From Schizochytrium sp. TIO01 (lineage: Eukaryota; Protista; Bigyra: Labyrinthulomycetes), in contig SMSO01000037.1 of NCBI GenBank assembly GCA_004764695.1, positions 4,130,747 through 4,194,746 on the forward strand: 64,000 nt of DNA, given 5' to 3'. Shown piece after piece: positions 10,767-22,823 of this stretch. Below the pieces are notes generated by a model. That model had not been told where the DNA came from and made no database searches. It saw only the letters and a list, made by a program, of their open reading frames with translations. The first letter of the stretch is position 1. Every line of letters begins with the position of its first letter. The position numbers and the translations under genes are program-made.

Positions 10767-12301
10767 ACACAAGAACTGAGCTAAAAAGCCTTAGTAGGAA
10801 AGAGCAATTTGCGCACGGTCCCAGGAGCAGAAGAAAATTGGAGGCGAGGCGAGGCCTGGGTTACTGGAGGCTCCAAACGGGGAGCAGCCGGTGAGGCCTC
10901 GCGAGTTCGGGGGTAGATGGACCGCCCTCCCTCGGCTGCAGCAGGAAATGCGCGGCTGTCGAGGCCTTCCTCAGCCCGAATGGGTCTCGAGGCGCTTTTC
11001 GCAAGTTATTTATTTATTTGTTTATTTGTTTGTTTGTTTTTATATATTTTTTATTTATTTATTTCTGCTTCCTCTGGCAAAGGTGGTTCCGCCTACCAAC
11101 CGACTAATGAGTCCTAAATGCTATTAGTTATTTTGCAGACCAAAACATTTCTTCTCCTCACTAGGAACCTGATTATATAATTAGCAGTGCTATGAGTTAG
11201 CAATAGGTACCTGAAAATATAAATTGGCCGAGAGAACATTTTATAAATTTCTTTTTCGGTTGCCATACTCCTCACAAAAACACAAAACCCTAACAGTATC
11301 TATCTATATAGATAGGAGTACTACGATCAGTTGTTTTCTTTGGTTCAATGAAAACAAGACTGCGTAAAATCGACCTCATTTATTGAAGCTTCAATGATTA
11401 TAGCATTGCGGGGACACGTTTCTTATAACAATGAATGAGGGGAGATTGGAATTTGTGGAATGAGTTTCTTCTTTTGCTTTGGAAAAGAAAAAAAAGTCCT
11501 GGAAACTTTGGAGAAAAGAAGGTTCAAGTTTCCGTGCTCTCTTTCTTTGAGGCTTGTGATATTGCTCACTTAAGTCATCCGCTTCCGCAGATTGCATTCT
11601 CTCACAGGCGAGGATATCTTGAATTCCGTGCCTGCCCTGGCTAGACCTATCGCTTCGCCTGGCCGCTTTCGCTTATTCGCTTTCGTTCGCTTCTTCATCC
11701 TTGCTTTCCATCGCACATTATTTCACTGTAATTTCTTCTTCTTCCGAATTCCTTTTTAAGTTCTTTTTCTCAGTAGAAGGTCACAGTAGTTACCTACTTC
11801 GAAGAAACGAGCCTTCATTTCTTTTGTTTAATTAAAAAAGAAGAAGAAGAAAATAAATAAAGAAAATTTACAATAGAAAATTCATTTATTGATCAATTCG
11901 TTTGTTCATTGAGCAAAACAATTCGTTCAATCACTCTTTGAAATTGTGCCTTTCGCACCCAAGGTTGTGCAGACCCAGAGTGGAGTCGGCGCACCAGAGC
12001 CGCGTCGGCCCTAGACCTAGCTCTGTTGACGTAACGCGCGGGGTCCGAGCGCTGCCTTACTTGCGGAGGAACCTCAGTTCAAGAACCAGCAAGACTCTGG
12101 CTGCGTTCATCGACCAAACCAAGTCATCAAAGGGCGAGAATTTGTTGGTTGGGTCGAACAGTTCCAAGGCGTATTACCGCTTGCGAACTACGACTACGAC
12201 TAGATTGCCTTCTCACGAGCTTTGCAAAGACAACTACGCAGCCGAGCAGGTTATCAATTCCAAGTAGCTTTGGCTGACTTTGATTGTCTCTGAGAAGTGG
12301 T

Positions 12302-13624
12302 ATGACGGAGACTATGATGATGATGCAAAACTTGGGCGTTGGAAGGCCAGATGTGGTGGAGACTGTGGAGCCCGTGCGCAAGAAACCCGGGATTGATATT
12401 AGGGACGAGGACGACTGCGGTGAGAGACGTGAGGTGAGCCAGGACCTCATGAAGAAGTATTTTCGTGGACACGAGGATTTCTGGCGAGAACATTTGACCT
12501 GGAGGCAAAATGTCATCAACCAAACGCTCGACATCGAGGTCGGGGACCCCATACAAGGCCCTCGCAGTATCACAAACCCGTCACCACCCGTGTACTTTAA
12601 GGTTGCAGTTCGAGACCGAGGTATTGAGGTTCGACGAAGGTACTCAGAGTTCGAGTTCCTGCAGAATGTGCTCGAGAAGAGATATGCAGGCCTCGCAGTT
12701 CCCAGGCTTCCTGAGAAACGCGTTGTTAAAACAACAGAGTTTCTGAAAGAGCGCGCGAGAGAGCTCACACTGTTCATCAAAGGTCTGCTCAGGGTCGCAT
12801 ATTTCCGAGCAGACTCCACTGTATTGGCGTTCATTGGCGATACTGACTCACGGCGTTGGGAAGCCCTGAAAGCGTCGGTGGCCGCCTCACAGCCTGGAAC
12901 TGCTCTTGACCGAAACCGAGAAGATGGCAATGAGGGTAAACGGAGATGGTTGGAGGTAATGCAACATTTTCAACTTCCGAGGGGCGCAGAGCTCAGTTTT
13001 TGGCACATATCTCAGCACTTGTGCGCCCTCAGTCAGCTTCTCGCATCGATGGCAGAGGCTATTGGCCGCATGACTGATGCTGCTACAGAGTATGCAATTG
13101 CTCTCAGAGATTTGGCACAACGCGTGGAGTACCCGAACTGTCTGGCGCTTTCAGGCCACGCAAGTCCGCCTCTTCACGAGGCAGTCCACGAACTCGATGG
13201 TTTTATTTCACAATGGAGCCAAGTCTCTTCATCGTATCCTTCTATTTTAATGTGCAATCTTTATCAAGTTGTTCGTCAGGAACTAGACGATGTTATCGAA
13301 GTACAACGCCTGATGTCTCGCCTTGAAAATCTCAATCACACGATCGCAAAGCTAGAGCAGTCGATTCAGCAGCATCACCGTGAGCAAGCAGAAGCGAAGG
13401 GTGCTGGACGCCCCGATCGGGTCCCCAAAGTACTAGAAAAACTTACTCGTGTTTCATATACCAAAAAGCTTGCTGATACTGAGCGGGATCAAATCATCAA
13501 AGCTTTGCTCCTTGCCGACACTGAGCATTTTGTGGAGCGCAAGACTGAGGTACTGCGAAACCTCGGATCTTCATTCGCCGTGCCCTATCGCAAATATTTG
13601 GTCAGCCTCGAGGACCTTTTGTAA
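12302..13624 (+). CDS. Sorting nexin-like protein, PX domain + BAR/coiled-coil region
   Basis: PX signature VRRRYSEFEFLQNVLEKRYAGLAVPRLPEK...FLKERARELTLFI, followed by a helical C-terminal half. First ATG at 12302. Confidence 0.85.
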   Translation: MTETMMMMQNLGVGRPDVVETVEPVRKKPGIDIRDEDDCGERREVSQDLMKKYFRGHEDFWREHLTWRQNVINQTLDIEVGDPIQGPRSITNPSPPVYFKVAVRDRGIEVRRRYSEFEFLQNVLEKRYAGLAVPRLPEKRVVKTTEFLKERARELTLFIKGLLRVAYFRADSTVLAFIGDTDSRRWEALKASVAASQPGTALDRNREDGNEGKRRWLEVMQHFQLPRGAELSFWHISQHLCALSQLLASMAEAIGRMTDAATEYAIALRDLAQRVEYPNCLALSGHASPPLHEAVHELDGFISQWSQVSSSYPSILMCNLYQVVRQELDDVIEVQRLMSRLENLNHTIAKLEQSIQQHHREQAEAKGAGRPDRVPKVLEKLTRVSYTKKLADTERDQIIKALLLADTEHFVERKTEVLRNLGSSFAVPYRKYLVSLEDLL

Positions 13625-13702
13625 TCCGCTCGTCTGGCCACCCATGCTGCTGCTGCTGCTATTGCCGTTTCTTAGCATATTAAAAACCAAACTACACACA
13701 CG

Positions 13703-13724
13703 CAATCAATCAATCAATCAATCG

Positions 13725-13768
<44 letters not shown>
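13703..13768. repeat. (CAAT)n microsatellite
   Basis: Direct inspection. Confidence 0.9.
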
Positions 13769-13770
<2 letters not shown>

Positions 13771-14733
13771 GAACGTCCTTTCCTTTGTTCTTTTCTGCAA
13801 CCCTGTCTGTCAAATTCTTGTCTCTTTCTTCAATCATCATTATATTCAATCATATTTTTCACCGCTTTTCTTTGAAATGATCTCCCTTTCCCTGGCCTCT
13901 TCTCCTCCATCCTAGCCGACCATGGTCTTCGCCATGCCCTGCGTTTGAGTTGAGTCTTTTGCGCTCCAAGATCTGCTAGTTCGCCCTGCCATCCAAATTA
14001 GGCGCTCCAACAGGCGTGCATGTCCATACTAGCTAAGTAGGCTGAATTATGTCCCAAACTGACCTGCACTCAGCAGATGATCAGTCCAGTACCAAGATAA
14101 TTCCACGGGTCCCTGCAGCACAGACCTCGCCAATCGCCAACCTCTACAGCCGCGGAGGTCGCTTCGACTTCGCTTCGACTTCGCGGAGCAGCGCCGGTGC
14201 CCGTCCGGCACTACGTCGGCTGTGCTGCTGAGAGTTCTCGGGAGTGGGTGACGGACTGTCTTGTCTTTTGAAGAGGCGCGGCGCTTTATGGACTCGGAAA
14301 AACGGGGTCACAGGATGATGATACTACGCAGGAGCATGTCTGCCTACGCAGAAGTAGGAGGCTCTTCAAGACGTACGTCGACCCTTCTGCTCGGAGACTT
14401 CGAGCCGTGCTGGAGCAGCGACCTTCAAGCGTGGTGGGCTTGGAGGAGCGAAGCAGGTAGCTCAAGTGAGTAGATAGTTCATCCGCGAGCAAAGAAACGG
14501 GAGCGGGTTCTTGGGGAACCATGTGTGGAAGAAGCGGCGAAGGCCGCAGCGGAGAGCGGGAATTCTGTAATCCAGCTCGAAGAATGCAGTAGGGAGGAGG
14601 GAGCCTCCTTGAGCAAAGAGGTTGGTTTATAGGAGAAAAGGAGGTATTTTCTTTGTTTTATTTAAAGAGTATATATAAGGCTGTAGCTGACATGGTGGAG
14701 CAGAACGCAATGTTCATCTTAGGCAGTGATCGT

Positions 14734-17700
14734 CTACTCCACATTTTTCGAGCATCGTCCAAATAGACACCACCAATCCCATGCAGGCTCCTGCTTGATC
14801 TGCTTCGTTGCGGGAGTTCGTCGTCGCTGAGCTGAAGACGACGGTGCAGTGTCTAAGTGCCGTAAAAGACGAAAGTGCTCTTCTAGCAACATCCGCTCTC
14901 GGCGTTGAGACTCCTCCATCATGCGAAGCATAGATTGTTGACTGCTTTGAACATTGTCGAGCATTTTGCGCATCTTGCTCAACTCTGCCTCGAGCTCTTG
15001 AATGCGAGAACCAGAAGATCCATGTATAACCTTCGCATCCACCAAAAAGTCGGCAGAACAAACCGAGCTTCTAGAGTCCACTCGCGGGACTGCTCGACGC
15101 CGCGTTAGGGATCCCATGCGGGGCGAGATGATCATGGCCATATTGTTGACAAACACTGTAGAGGATACGCGACCGTCTTCTTGCTCAAAATCCTCCTCTT
15201 CCCAATCCGTCACTTCACCGTCATCACTGATGCCATAATACAGTCTGTTCTCCTCATCATGAAGTGCTTTTGAGATGTCACGATGGCGGTTTGAGTGTCG
15301 ACTCGAAGTACTCCTGTATTTACTATTAGGCTTCACAAGTGGCTTGAGCTCTTCGTCATAGGTTGACTCTTGATCGTCTTCGTCGTCTGACTCAACATTA
15401 GCATCATTGGTCTCTTGAGATTTTGGTTTTCCTCCGTGCAATTTGGGCTCTTCTAGTGCCTTTGCGCGAACTTCTTCTGCTTCCTTAGATTCAACCTCGG
15501 CATCTTGTCTTGCTTCTTCCTGGCGCTTTTCCTCTTCTTGCTGTTTTTCAAGCTGTTCCTTGAGGCGAGCTTCTTCCGCTTTACGAGCGGCTTCCTTTTC
15601 TGCGGCTGCCGCAGCTGCCGCCACTGCTGCTTCTTGTTCTTCTCTTTGTCGTTGCTCTTGTTGAGCAAGGCGTTTTGCAGCTTCTGCTTCTTTCGCGAGT
15701 TTTTCAAGGCGCTCGGCCTCCGCTACTCGACGAGCCTCTTCTTCCAGCCGAGCAATTTCTTCAAGTCTGGCTGCCTCGGCTTGACGGGCGGCTTCAAGCT
15801 CTGCCTCAAGCTGCAGTTTCCGCAAATGTTCTCTATGAGCTTCTAATAACGGAGCAAACGCAAGGCGAGCACGACGGCCACGGACATGTGCTGCAAGTGA
15901 AATACTTGCACTTCGAAGTCTCAAGTAACGACGACGGACAGTGAAGCCCTTGAAAAGGCTAGCCAGAAGAGTTGACGCAGTAGTACGAGCGTGTGCACCT
16001 CGGAAAATTGATATGAAAACGTTGGCCGAAAACACCTTGGCGAAACAGCGTCGCCAACAAATTCTAGCGTGGAACATCGAAAATCGTTTTCCAATACGTT
16101 CAAGTTCCGCTCCAGATAGCAATGCAGCTCTAGAAAAAATGGACTCTACCACCGAAAGCGCTCCTGTGCGAAAGAACACTCGCGTTAGACCAAATTTATA
16201 GAGAGACTCATCAATGTCCAGAGCAAAAAACAAAGCACGGCAAAAGGCTGGGTGGTCCTCCTCACGGCCTGGGACCCGCAGCCAGTTTTCTAAAACATCC
16301 TTTGGTAATGTCTCACTATATGCTGCCATCACTTCAGCATATGGGATGCGCGTCGGTAGGCCACCTGCGCTGAGCACTTGGGCTGTTTGAGGAATGCTAA
16401 GGTAACGCATCTGCTTTGAAACGTACGCTCGGTGAATCCAATCATCCTGAGTTCCACGCTTTAGGGCAGAGTTGGGCTTAATGCAGCGAATAAAGGAGCA
16501 GTTCGTGGCCTCCAACACGCTTATGAGTCTAGTGATTTCGTGCGAAAATTTTAAGCAAAGACCCCGTTTTTTGCGTTTGCTGAGTCTTGCAGACTGAATT
16601 CCGCCAAGCCCTTTGGTCGCTTGACTCTCTGCCTCGCCGAGGAATAATTGGGCGATGACCTTTTCATCTTTACTCTTGTTTAAGCATTCAACTACTTGCA
16701 AAGGTACTCGATCAACATTGGTTTGTACAAAACCATCCACATCGTAATGAACTTTACCCGCAAAGTGGGCTACTACGAATCTTGCATTTACAAATCGTGG
16801 GTGGGGTTTCTCATAAATTTCATGTTTGTCGAATGAGCGATGCAAGTGCTGCAACAGCTTGTCATCACTTGGTTGAGGAGTTGAAGACATATCCTCAATG
16901 GTCTTGAGTAAACCCCCATTTCCTTCAAGTAGGTCGACAGCGGTTTGCTTTAGTTCAGATGAGGCATCTGTTGGCATCGTAGCGATGCCTTGGTCCCCAA
17001 GAATCCCTTCCGTTCTGTATAGGTTTGCTTCTGCGATGAGCACCTGTTCCTGAAACGTCTTTTGTAATGCTTCATTTGCATAATTAATGAGAAGCTGTTC
17101 GAGACCATTCTTATCGAAATTTTCAAAGCCAAAAATATCTAAGACTCCAATCGAGGTTTCTACTACTTCAGGTGACTTGGGTAGTATACTCGAAGAGCCT
17201 TGAGAGGTAATGTTTGCGCTAGCACGTGTTGGCAGATTTTCTTTTTCAAGTGGTGTCGAAGAGCTGCTTCCAGTAGCACTTGCTCCTCGAGAGAAATGGC
17301 TGTTTGCCCTGGCAATGATCCAATCAAAGAGGGCAGCATATAAAGCTCGGATGAGACCATCGCGCGCCTGTTTGGCTTGCGCATAGTCAAGTTGAACCTG
17401 TAAAGATTCCCCAGCAGCAGTGATGGTTCTCTCGCAGAGCATAACGCGTACATCATCAGCAGAAATAGATAGCAATTTTGCAATTTGTTGAACGTTGGAT
17501 TGCGGACGAGCGCTATCCTTGGGCTCACACAGAATAGCAACCTCACCAAAAGAGTCTACAACATGTACGTCGGACTTCTGCTCGGCCACGTCAGCAAATT
17601 CCAAATTTCCAAAATGAAGAATCGCAATAAGCACGCGGAAAACTTGTTCTTTTTCTTTAGCTCCAAGGCCAATACTGATCATTCCTTTGCTCATAGCTTG

Positions 17701-18804
17701 GAAAGCGTGCTGATCGTTTTGAAAAATCCATGGTGCAACATTCTCAGTCTGCAAAATTGAAAACAACTGGCTTAAGTCTACATCTCTGTTTGTGGGGAGC
17801 CCGTAAGCTGCGCGCTCCTCAAGTGGAAGGCCTTGCAACAGTCGGTAAAAGATATGAAAGCTGCGCTCTCCTCGAGCATGAGAGCTAACACGTGATTTCT
17901 CTAGCAGGTAAGTGTCAACACAAGCACGGGTTAGTTCATCGTTCACAAAGTAAAGCTTTGTAAGCTTTCCAAAGCGTGATGAATTATGATTACTGAGAGT
18001 AACAGCATTTCCAAAAGCCTCAAGCACCGGGTTTGCATCGAGAAGTGCCTGCTCAAGGCTTGAAAGCTCTGTAGACGAAGGAGCCTCCGAAAGATCATTG
18101 TCACTTTCGAGATCCCGGATCTGGGAGGACTTTGGAGCAGTCCGTGCTACAAGATGCCGTAGAACGCGTTTACAGGATTCTGATTTGCCACTTCCTGACT
18201 CGCCACTAACGATGATAGACTGGTCAGGTTGGTATTCTGCTGCAAACATAGCCGTGCCTGCTGCTTTCTCCTCTTGAGTTTTCCCCAGAGCCCGCATTTT
18301 GTTGGCAGCGCTGGATGCCGCAGCTCGGCGCGCTGCGAATGACATTTGTTGAAATGCGCGCTCCGCAATTCCATATGGGTGAGGTTGATTCAACGCCTTT
18401 GTGGAACCCAAGAGCTGCTTTGGGTCACCAACATCCTTGATGGGATTAATCGTCACCAGAACTGTGCCAAGAAATGTGTACGGGGCGTTCTCCACTGCAC
18501 GTCTCTCAAGGTTATATAATAGGGCAGGTTCGTTGATGTATTTAAGACTACTCATATCCTCCGTGCTTTGCTTGGAGGGATTCGCAAGGAAAACATCATC
18601 CACTTGAAGTTTGAATTCTTCTCCTTTGTTCTTATCTGCTTGCTCGATATCTCGTACAATCAGAACTCGTGAGGTTTCATCCTCTTGTTCAACGCGGCCT
18701 AAACGCCACGCCACACCGACCTGTTGCTTCGTCGTATTCGCACCGTCAGGAGGTGCGAACCAGACCTCTTGGCCGCACAAGTCCTGTTCGAGTTGCATCT
18801 TCAT
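14734..18804 (-). CDS. Unconventional myosin: motor domain, IQ motifs, charged SAH/coiled-coil, unique tail
   Basis: P-loop GESGSGKS; LEAFGNA; switch I NSSRFGK; switch II DIFGFE; NYANEALQ; FIRCIKPN; GLTRVFFR. IQ-like LASLFKGFTVRRRY and LAAHVRGRRARL. E/R/K/A-rich helix follows. Confidence 0.95.
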   Translation of the reverse strand: MKMQLEQDLCGQEVWFAPPDGANTTKQQVGVAWRLGRVEQEDETSRVLIVRDIEQADKNKGEEFKLQVDDVFLANPSKQSTEDMSSLKYINEPALLYNLERRAVENAPYTFLGTVLVTINPIKDVGDPKQLLGSTKALNQPHPYGIAERAFQQMSFAARRAAASSAANKMRALGKTQEEKAAGTAMFAAEYQPDQSIIVSGESGSGKSESCKRVLRHLVARTAPKSSQIRDLESDNDLSEAPSSTELSSLEQALLDANPVLEAFGNAVTLSNHNSSRFGKLTKLYFVNDELTRACVDTYLLEKSRVSSHARGERSFHIFYRLLQGLPLEERAAYGLPTNRDVDLSQLFSILQTENVAPWIFQNDQHAFQAMSKGMISIGLGAKEKEQVFRVLIAILHFGNLEFADVAEQKSDVHVVDSFGEVAILCEPKDSARPQSNVQQIAKLLSISADDVRVMLCERTITAAGESLQVQLDYAQAKQARDGLIRALYAALFDWIIARANSHFSRGASATGSSSSTPLEKENLPTRASANITSQGSSSILPKSPEVVETSIGVLDIFGFENFDKNGLEQLLINYANEALQKTFQEQVLIAEANLYRTEGILGDQGIATMPTDASSELKQTAVDLLEGNGGLLKTIEDMSSTPQPSDDKLLQHLHRSFDKHEIYEKPHPRFVNARFVVAHFAGKVHYDVDGFVQTNVDRVPLQVVECLNKSKDEKVIAQLFLGEAESQATKGLGGIQSARLSKRKKRGLCLKFSHEITRLISVLEATNCSFIRCIKPNSALKRGTQDDWIHRAYVSKQMRYLSIPQTAQVLSAGGLPTRIPYAEVMAAYSETLPKDVLENWLRVPGREEDHPAFCRALFFALDIDESLYKFGLTRVFFRTGALSVVESIFSRAALLSGAELERIGKRFSMFHARICWRRCFAKVFSANVFISIFRGAHARTTASTLLASLFKGFTVRRRYLRLRSASISLAAHVRGRRARLAFAPLLEAHREHLRKLQLEAELEAARQAEAARLEEIARLEEEARRVAEAERLEKLAKEAEAAKRLAQQEQRQREEQEAAVAAAAAAAEKEAARKAEEARLKEQLEKQQEEEKRQEEARQDAEVESKEAEEVRAKALEEPKLHGGKPKSQETNDANVESDDEDDQESTYDEELKPLVKPNSKYRSTSSRHSNRHRDISKALHDEENRLYYGISDDGEVTDWEEEDFEQEDGRVSSTVFVNNMAMIISPRMGSLTRRRAVPRVDSRSSVCSADFLVDAKVIHGSSGSRIQELEAELSKMRKMLDNVQSSQQSMLRMMEESQRRERMLLEEHFRLLRHLDTAPSSSAQRRRTPATKQIKQEPAWDWWCLFGRCSKNVE

Positions 18805-21286
18805 TCAAGAGGCGGGTATTACACCTCCTGCACAGAGATTCCAATTTGCTGCAGCTAGAGAATAGAAAGCCACAAGCAGCGCCAATACTACGTCTATGGA
18901 GAATTGAAAAAAATCAACTGCTATTTCTTGCGTGTAGCAAGTTGTAGTAAGTTGTAGTTTCCATAGACTGTGGCAAAGTAAGATCTAGGAGTCAGGCTTC
19001 TGTAGACTCGTACGATGGCGTCTCTAGGTGATAGTACTTATCGCTCGCCACTAAGGGGACAGAAAATCTGCGAACCAACGCCCACCTCTTGGTGCAATCG
19101 AACCTTTGATTTCCGTTGCTGCAAATGTCTTCCCAATGGTTTCTACAGATCACTTAATACCGCAAAACGTGCTCTCAAATTTTCCATTATTTAACATTTT
19201 TGTTTTTTTTTTGATTAGCACATTCCATGCACAAAATGTCCGCCTCTTACTGCCTCATCAGCACAAGGTTGCTCTAAAACTAATTAGCCGCCACTATTAT
19301 ATAAACTGCGTTACCAGCATCTATCTCTATAGAATATAACATAGCTTCAAGCATTCAAGCCTTCTAAATTGGTGCCACTCCGAGTCTACATATTAGTGAA
19401 ATCTTAAAAGCCCGTCCGGGCTTCTAGGTACCTAAACGCCTACCTACCCAGGGACGGCAGAGGGAGGTCGAACGATGGCAATCTATCCTACAGGCGGCCT
19501 CCCTTTTCCCTTCTGCCCGCGCTACTATCCATCTTTAAATTTAACAGGGCCTAACAAGGTATTATATTTTGGAAAAGCTCAAGCATTGAAAATCTATTTG
19601 TCTCTGCAGCGATTGGCGAAGTGCAGGCAGTCTCAATCGCCGCAAGAGAAGGTCTGAGTTCTCATCTAGTTTAGGGTCATATTTGACGCCATCTTACTGT
19701 GCAAAAGAAAAGAAAAGGAAAGAGAAGAAAAAATAATGTGAAGGGTAAAGTATGGTGGAAACTATGCAATGTAGGAAACAAGGGGCAACTCACATGCAGT
19801 GCGGGTGTTGTGAAGTGGAGCCTGCAAGATAATGGCGTGTTTCACTCTCTAGAACGTCCCTTCAACAGAAATTAAATTAGTATAAGCTGCATGTGGGCAG
19901 AATAGGACGGTTGCTATGCAAGTATAAAGGTAGAATTATTAGGCGCTTCTGTCGTTTGAAAATGCCGTGAATCAACAAAACTTGATCTCAAAGGGCCATA
20001 TATCTTGCGCCCCGACGATCCGGGACTGATATAGATGATTTATCATCATTGCAGATGTGGATGCTCAAGCGGTTTACATACGCAGCTTGGTGAATGCGGC
20101 CACTGAGTACGACTAGTCCGTCAAGCTCAAAAGTAGAGATTAAGTGATGAAATAATTCGTTTAGTTACAATACAAGTCATAAGTGTGAGCTCTTTTGTTA
20201 AATATCCGTCTGATATGATTGTCGCGGCATCTGCACACATCATTCACAAACGAGATTGTTGATTTGAGTTTCATTCTTCTAAAAAGCAAGGTCGGGACGG
20301 GTAGGTTCTATCTTAAATGTTAGGACTTCCTCATCAACGGATCGAACCGTCCGAGCGGCTAAAATTGCATTTCTTCAGAACGTTCATAGAATCATATTCA
20401 GCATCTACACCCAACTAGCAAACCAAGCCTTCGATGCGACACGAACTTATTTTGACAAAGCGAAGCGAAAATAAATTGAATATCGAACGTGAATTGGAAG
20501 GCCAAATCAAATAAAATTAATTATGCTGAAAATTAAACTTATAATGAAGGGATCATTATCTCAAAGTCAATAGAGTTCGCATAAATCTTTGCGAAAACCC
20601 AAGCAAGGCGTAACGTGTCTTAAATATTAATCAATTAATTCGAGTAGCATGAATAACTAGGAGGCTACAATTTTCGAGCTCGATGATTTAGCTGTGGAGC
20701 AAGGATATCCCAAAGGTTGTTGATATTGACATGTTTTCACAAAAAAAAACCAAAAAAAACTGGAGTGTATATAAGGTAGGGTATAGCAGCTCAAAGATTA
20801 ACTTGAAAACATTGTTATATGATATCTCTTTACTCGTGCATTACATCTTTGAATAAGATTAAACTTCGACTTTCAATTTGACAAAGGAGCTATTTATATT
20901 TAATCAATGATCTTAATGTTGGACTAACCATGCGAGCAAAATTATAAATCAGTTCAAATCTTCGTAGGCAGCTCACCATAATAATTGCTTAACCCAGCCT
21001 ATGTTATCTGTCTCCGGAGAGTTTTTTTTGGGGCTTATGTCAGCATGGAATATGTGCCGTTAGTAATTGGTTGAAGATCTTCATCTCCAGAGTTGCCAAT
21101 GTTTAGTTCCTTCTGCAATCGACCCTAACCAGTATAACCCTCTGCCAAATTAGATCTGTCTCTTTCGCTCTACTGATACTCAAACCGAGACGACCTTGGG
21201 TGCTACCAAGTATCTGAAGAATACTCTAATTGTATGAATACTGTATAGGTTTTCCACTTGTTCGTTTGAAGGCTATATATAGATAG

Positions 21287-22030
21287 AGCCCCAGGAAATG
21301 CGACCTGAAGCAAACTCCAAACGCAGAACCTCGAGGCTTGAAGCCAGGGATCAAAGTACAGGTCAAGGAGAAGAAGAGAAGAAGAAGTAAGATGAGGGAG
21401 CAGAGAAAATAGGATCATAAGATTGTTGTGCTACTCAACAAGCTTTGTGACAAGCTTCAGGAATTGAATGACTTCGTAAATAAGAGAACCTTTACTTGGC
21501 CTAGTGAGTGCCTCATTTATGCAGCCGCCCAGTCGATGCTGAAGCCGCAAGCGGCCGTGGACGTCTTCAATGCACGGGAAAGTATCTTTGATGACCCATA
21601 CTTCATCTACATGGGCAAAGAAATGGAGGAGGCACTTGGTATCAAATCATACGAGAATGTGGAGTGGGTCATGGGCTTTAAACTTCCTCGCAAGTGAATG
21701 TCTTTATGGTCTTTAACAACAACCAATAGGGAGAGGACCAGGACAGGCAGCACCTTGGCTGCGTCACTGGTAGCATCTCCTGATGTATCCGTCGTGGAGC
21801 TGCCGCTGTTGTTTTACTTTTTTCTTGCAGATAAAATGCAGTACCAAGGAGTAAAACCGAAATTATACAGACTGGACGCCAATTTCCAATGACTGAAGGT
21901 GTTCCAGCTCCATCACTAGAAAGTTGCTGCGCCCTCCACTGAACGCCTTTAGACCTGTCGCAAGTTTGGCCACATCAAAAACGATCACTGCTACCATATA
22001 ACTTATTTCTGGCACGGTGACCTTTTCCCC
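21287..22030 (+). pseudogene. Decayed retroelement ORF1/gag-like relic with degenerate CCHC zinc knuckle
   Basis: One frame (containing ORFs 21428-21697 and 21698-21892) reads protein-like through five TAG/TGA stops and ends in RL*TCRKFGHIKNDHC, preceded by VSVVELP. Confidence 0.4.
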
Positions 22031-22823
22031 TATGGAACTTGAAGTTAAATATCCTCGTCCGTGGTCTTTTCCTCAGAATGCTAAAGTCGCATTTTCACCG
22101 TAAAGCCAGACAGCATCTCGAAACGAATGAGTTGCTTGTTGTTGCAGTTGAGGCGGGTTTCCTGTAAACCCTGGGAGCCCATCCGTAACCCCTCAAAAAT
22201 GACCCATATTGACTCTATTTTCCTCTAGCCAGAAACCAAGAAGTAGCAGAAGATAACTTAAAACAAAAAAGAGCTAGCACCTTTCTACCACTACTCCCTA
22301 TCTGCCTGCCTACTTACATAGCTAATACCTACTAATGAAAATGCCCAAGTCCATAAAAGGCTCTCTCATATGTTGGTCTTTTGCGAGAGCCTCTCTTTCT
22401 CTTTCTGCGAAGGATTTATTGGCCACGAAGTCGGCGCAGAACTCCGCTTCGGAAGCCTTCTCGAAGGCAGTGCCCACGCCAGCCGAAGGGAAAGCAAACC
22501 CGAGTGTGAAGGATTCTGGAGCCTTCTATATTTCACTGACATAGTCAGCACTCACTTCGGGTGCTTCTGTCCTCCTCTACTTGCCGCAGTTGGCGTCAAG
22601 TCGTTCGTGGAGTGGCATTCAGCGATTTTCGATTTTCATCGACCTCGCCATCAAATCGATTAAAATACCTTCATCGACGCCTCTTGTCAAGAGGACCTTC
22701 CACAAAACCCGAACTCGAGGACTACTTCCTACTCTCTGAGAGCGTAGCACATCAGCCGCCGGTGCACGAAAGGTCCCGCGTGGCGCTGTCATAGACAAAG
22801 TTTCATTCCCGCCAGCAAGGAAA

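Noticed and set aside
12127-12930. 267-aa minus-strand ORF
   Set aside because: Antisense shadow of the PX-domain gene with no motifs. The same applies to 356-949, 39005-39625 and 59455-60168 over their host genes.
22320-22800. Minus-strand coding-like fragments divergent from the ankyrin gene (YFNRFDGEVDE..., KAPESFTLGFAFP...)
   Set aside because: Only a faint resemblance to Tma16-like sequence, with multiple stops and an implausibly short 30-nt intron needed; not supportable.
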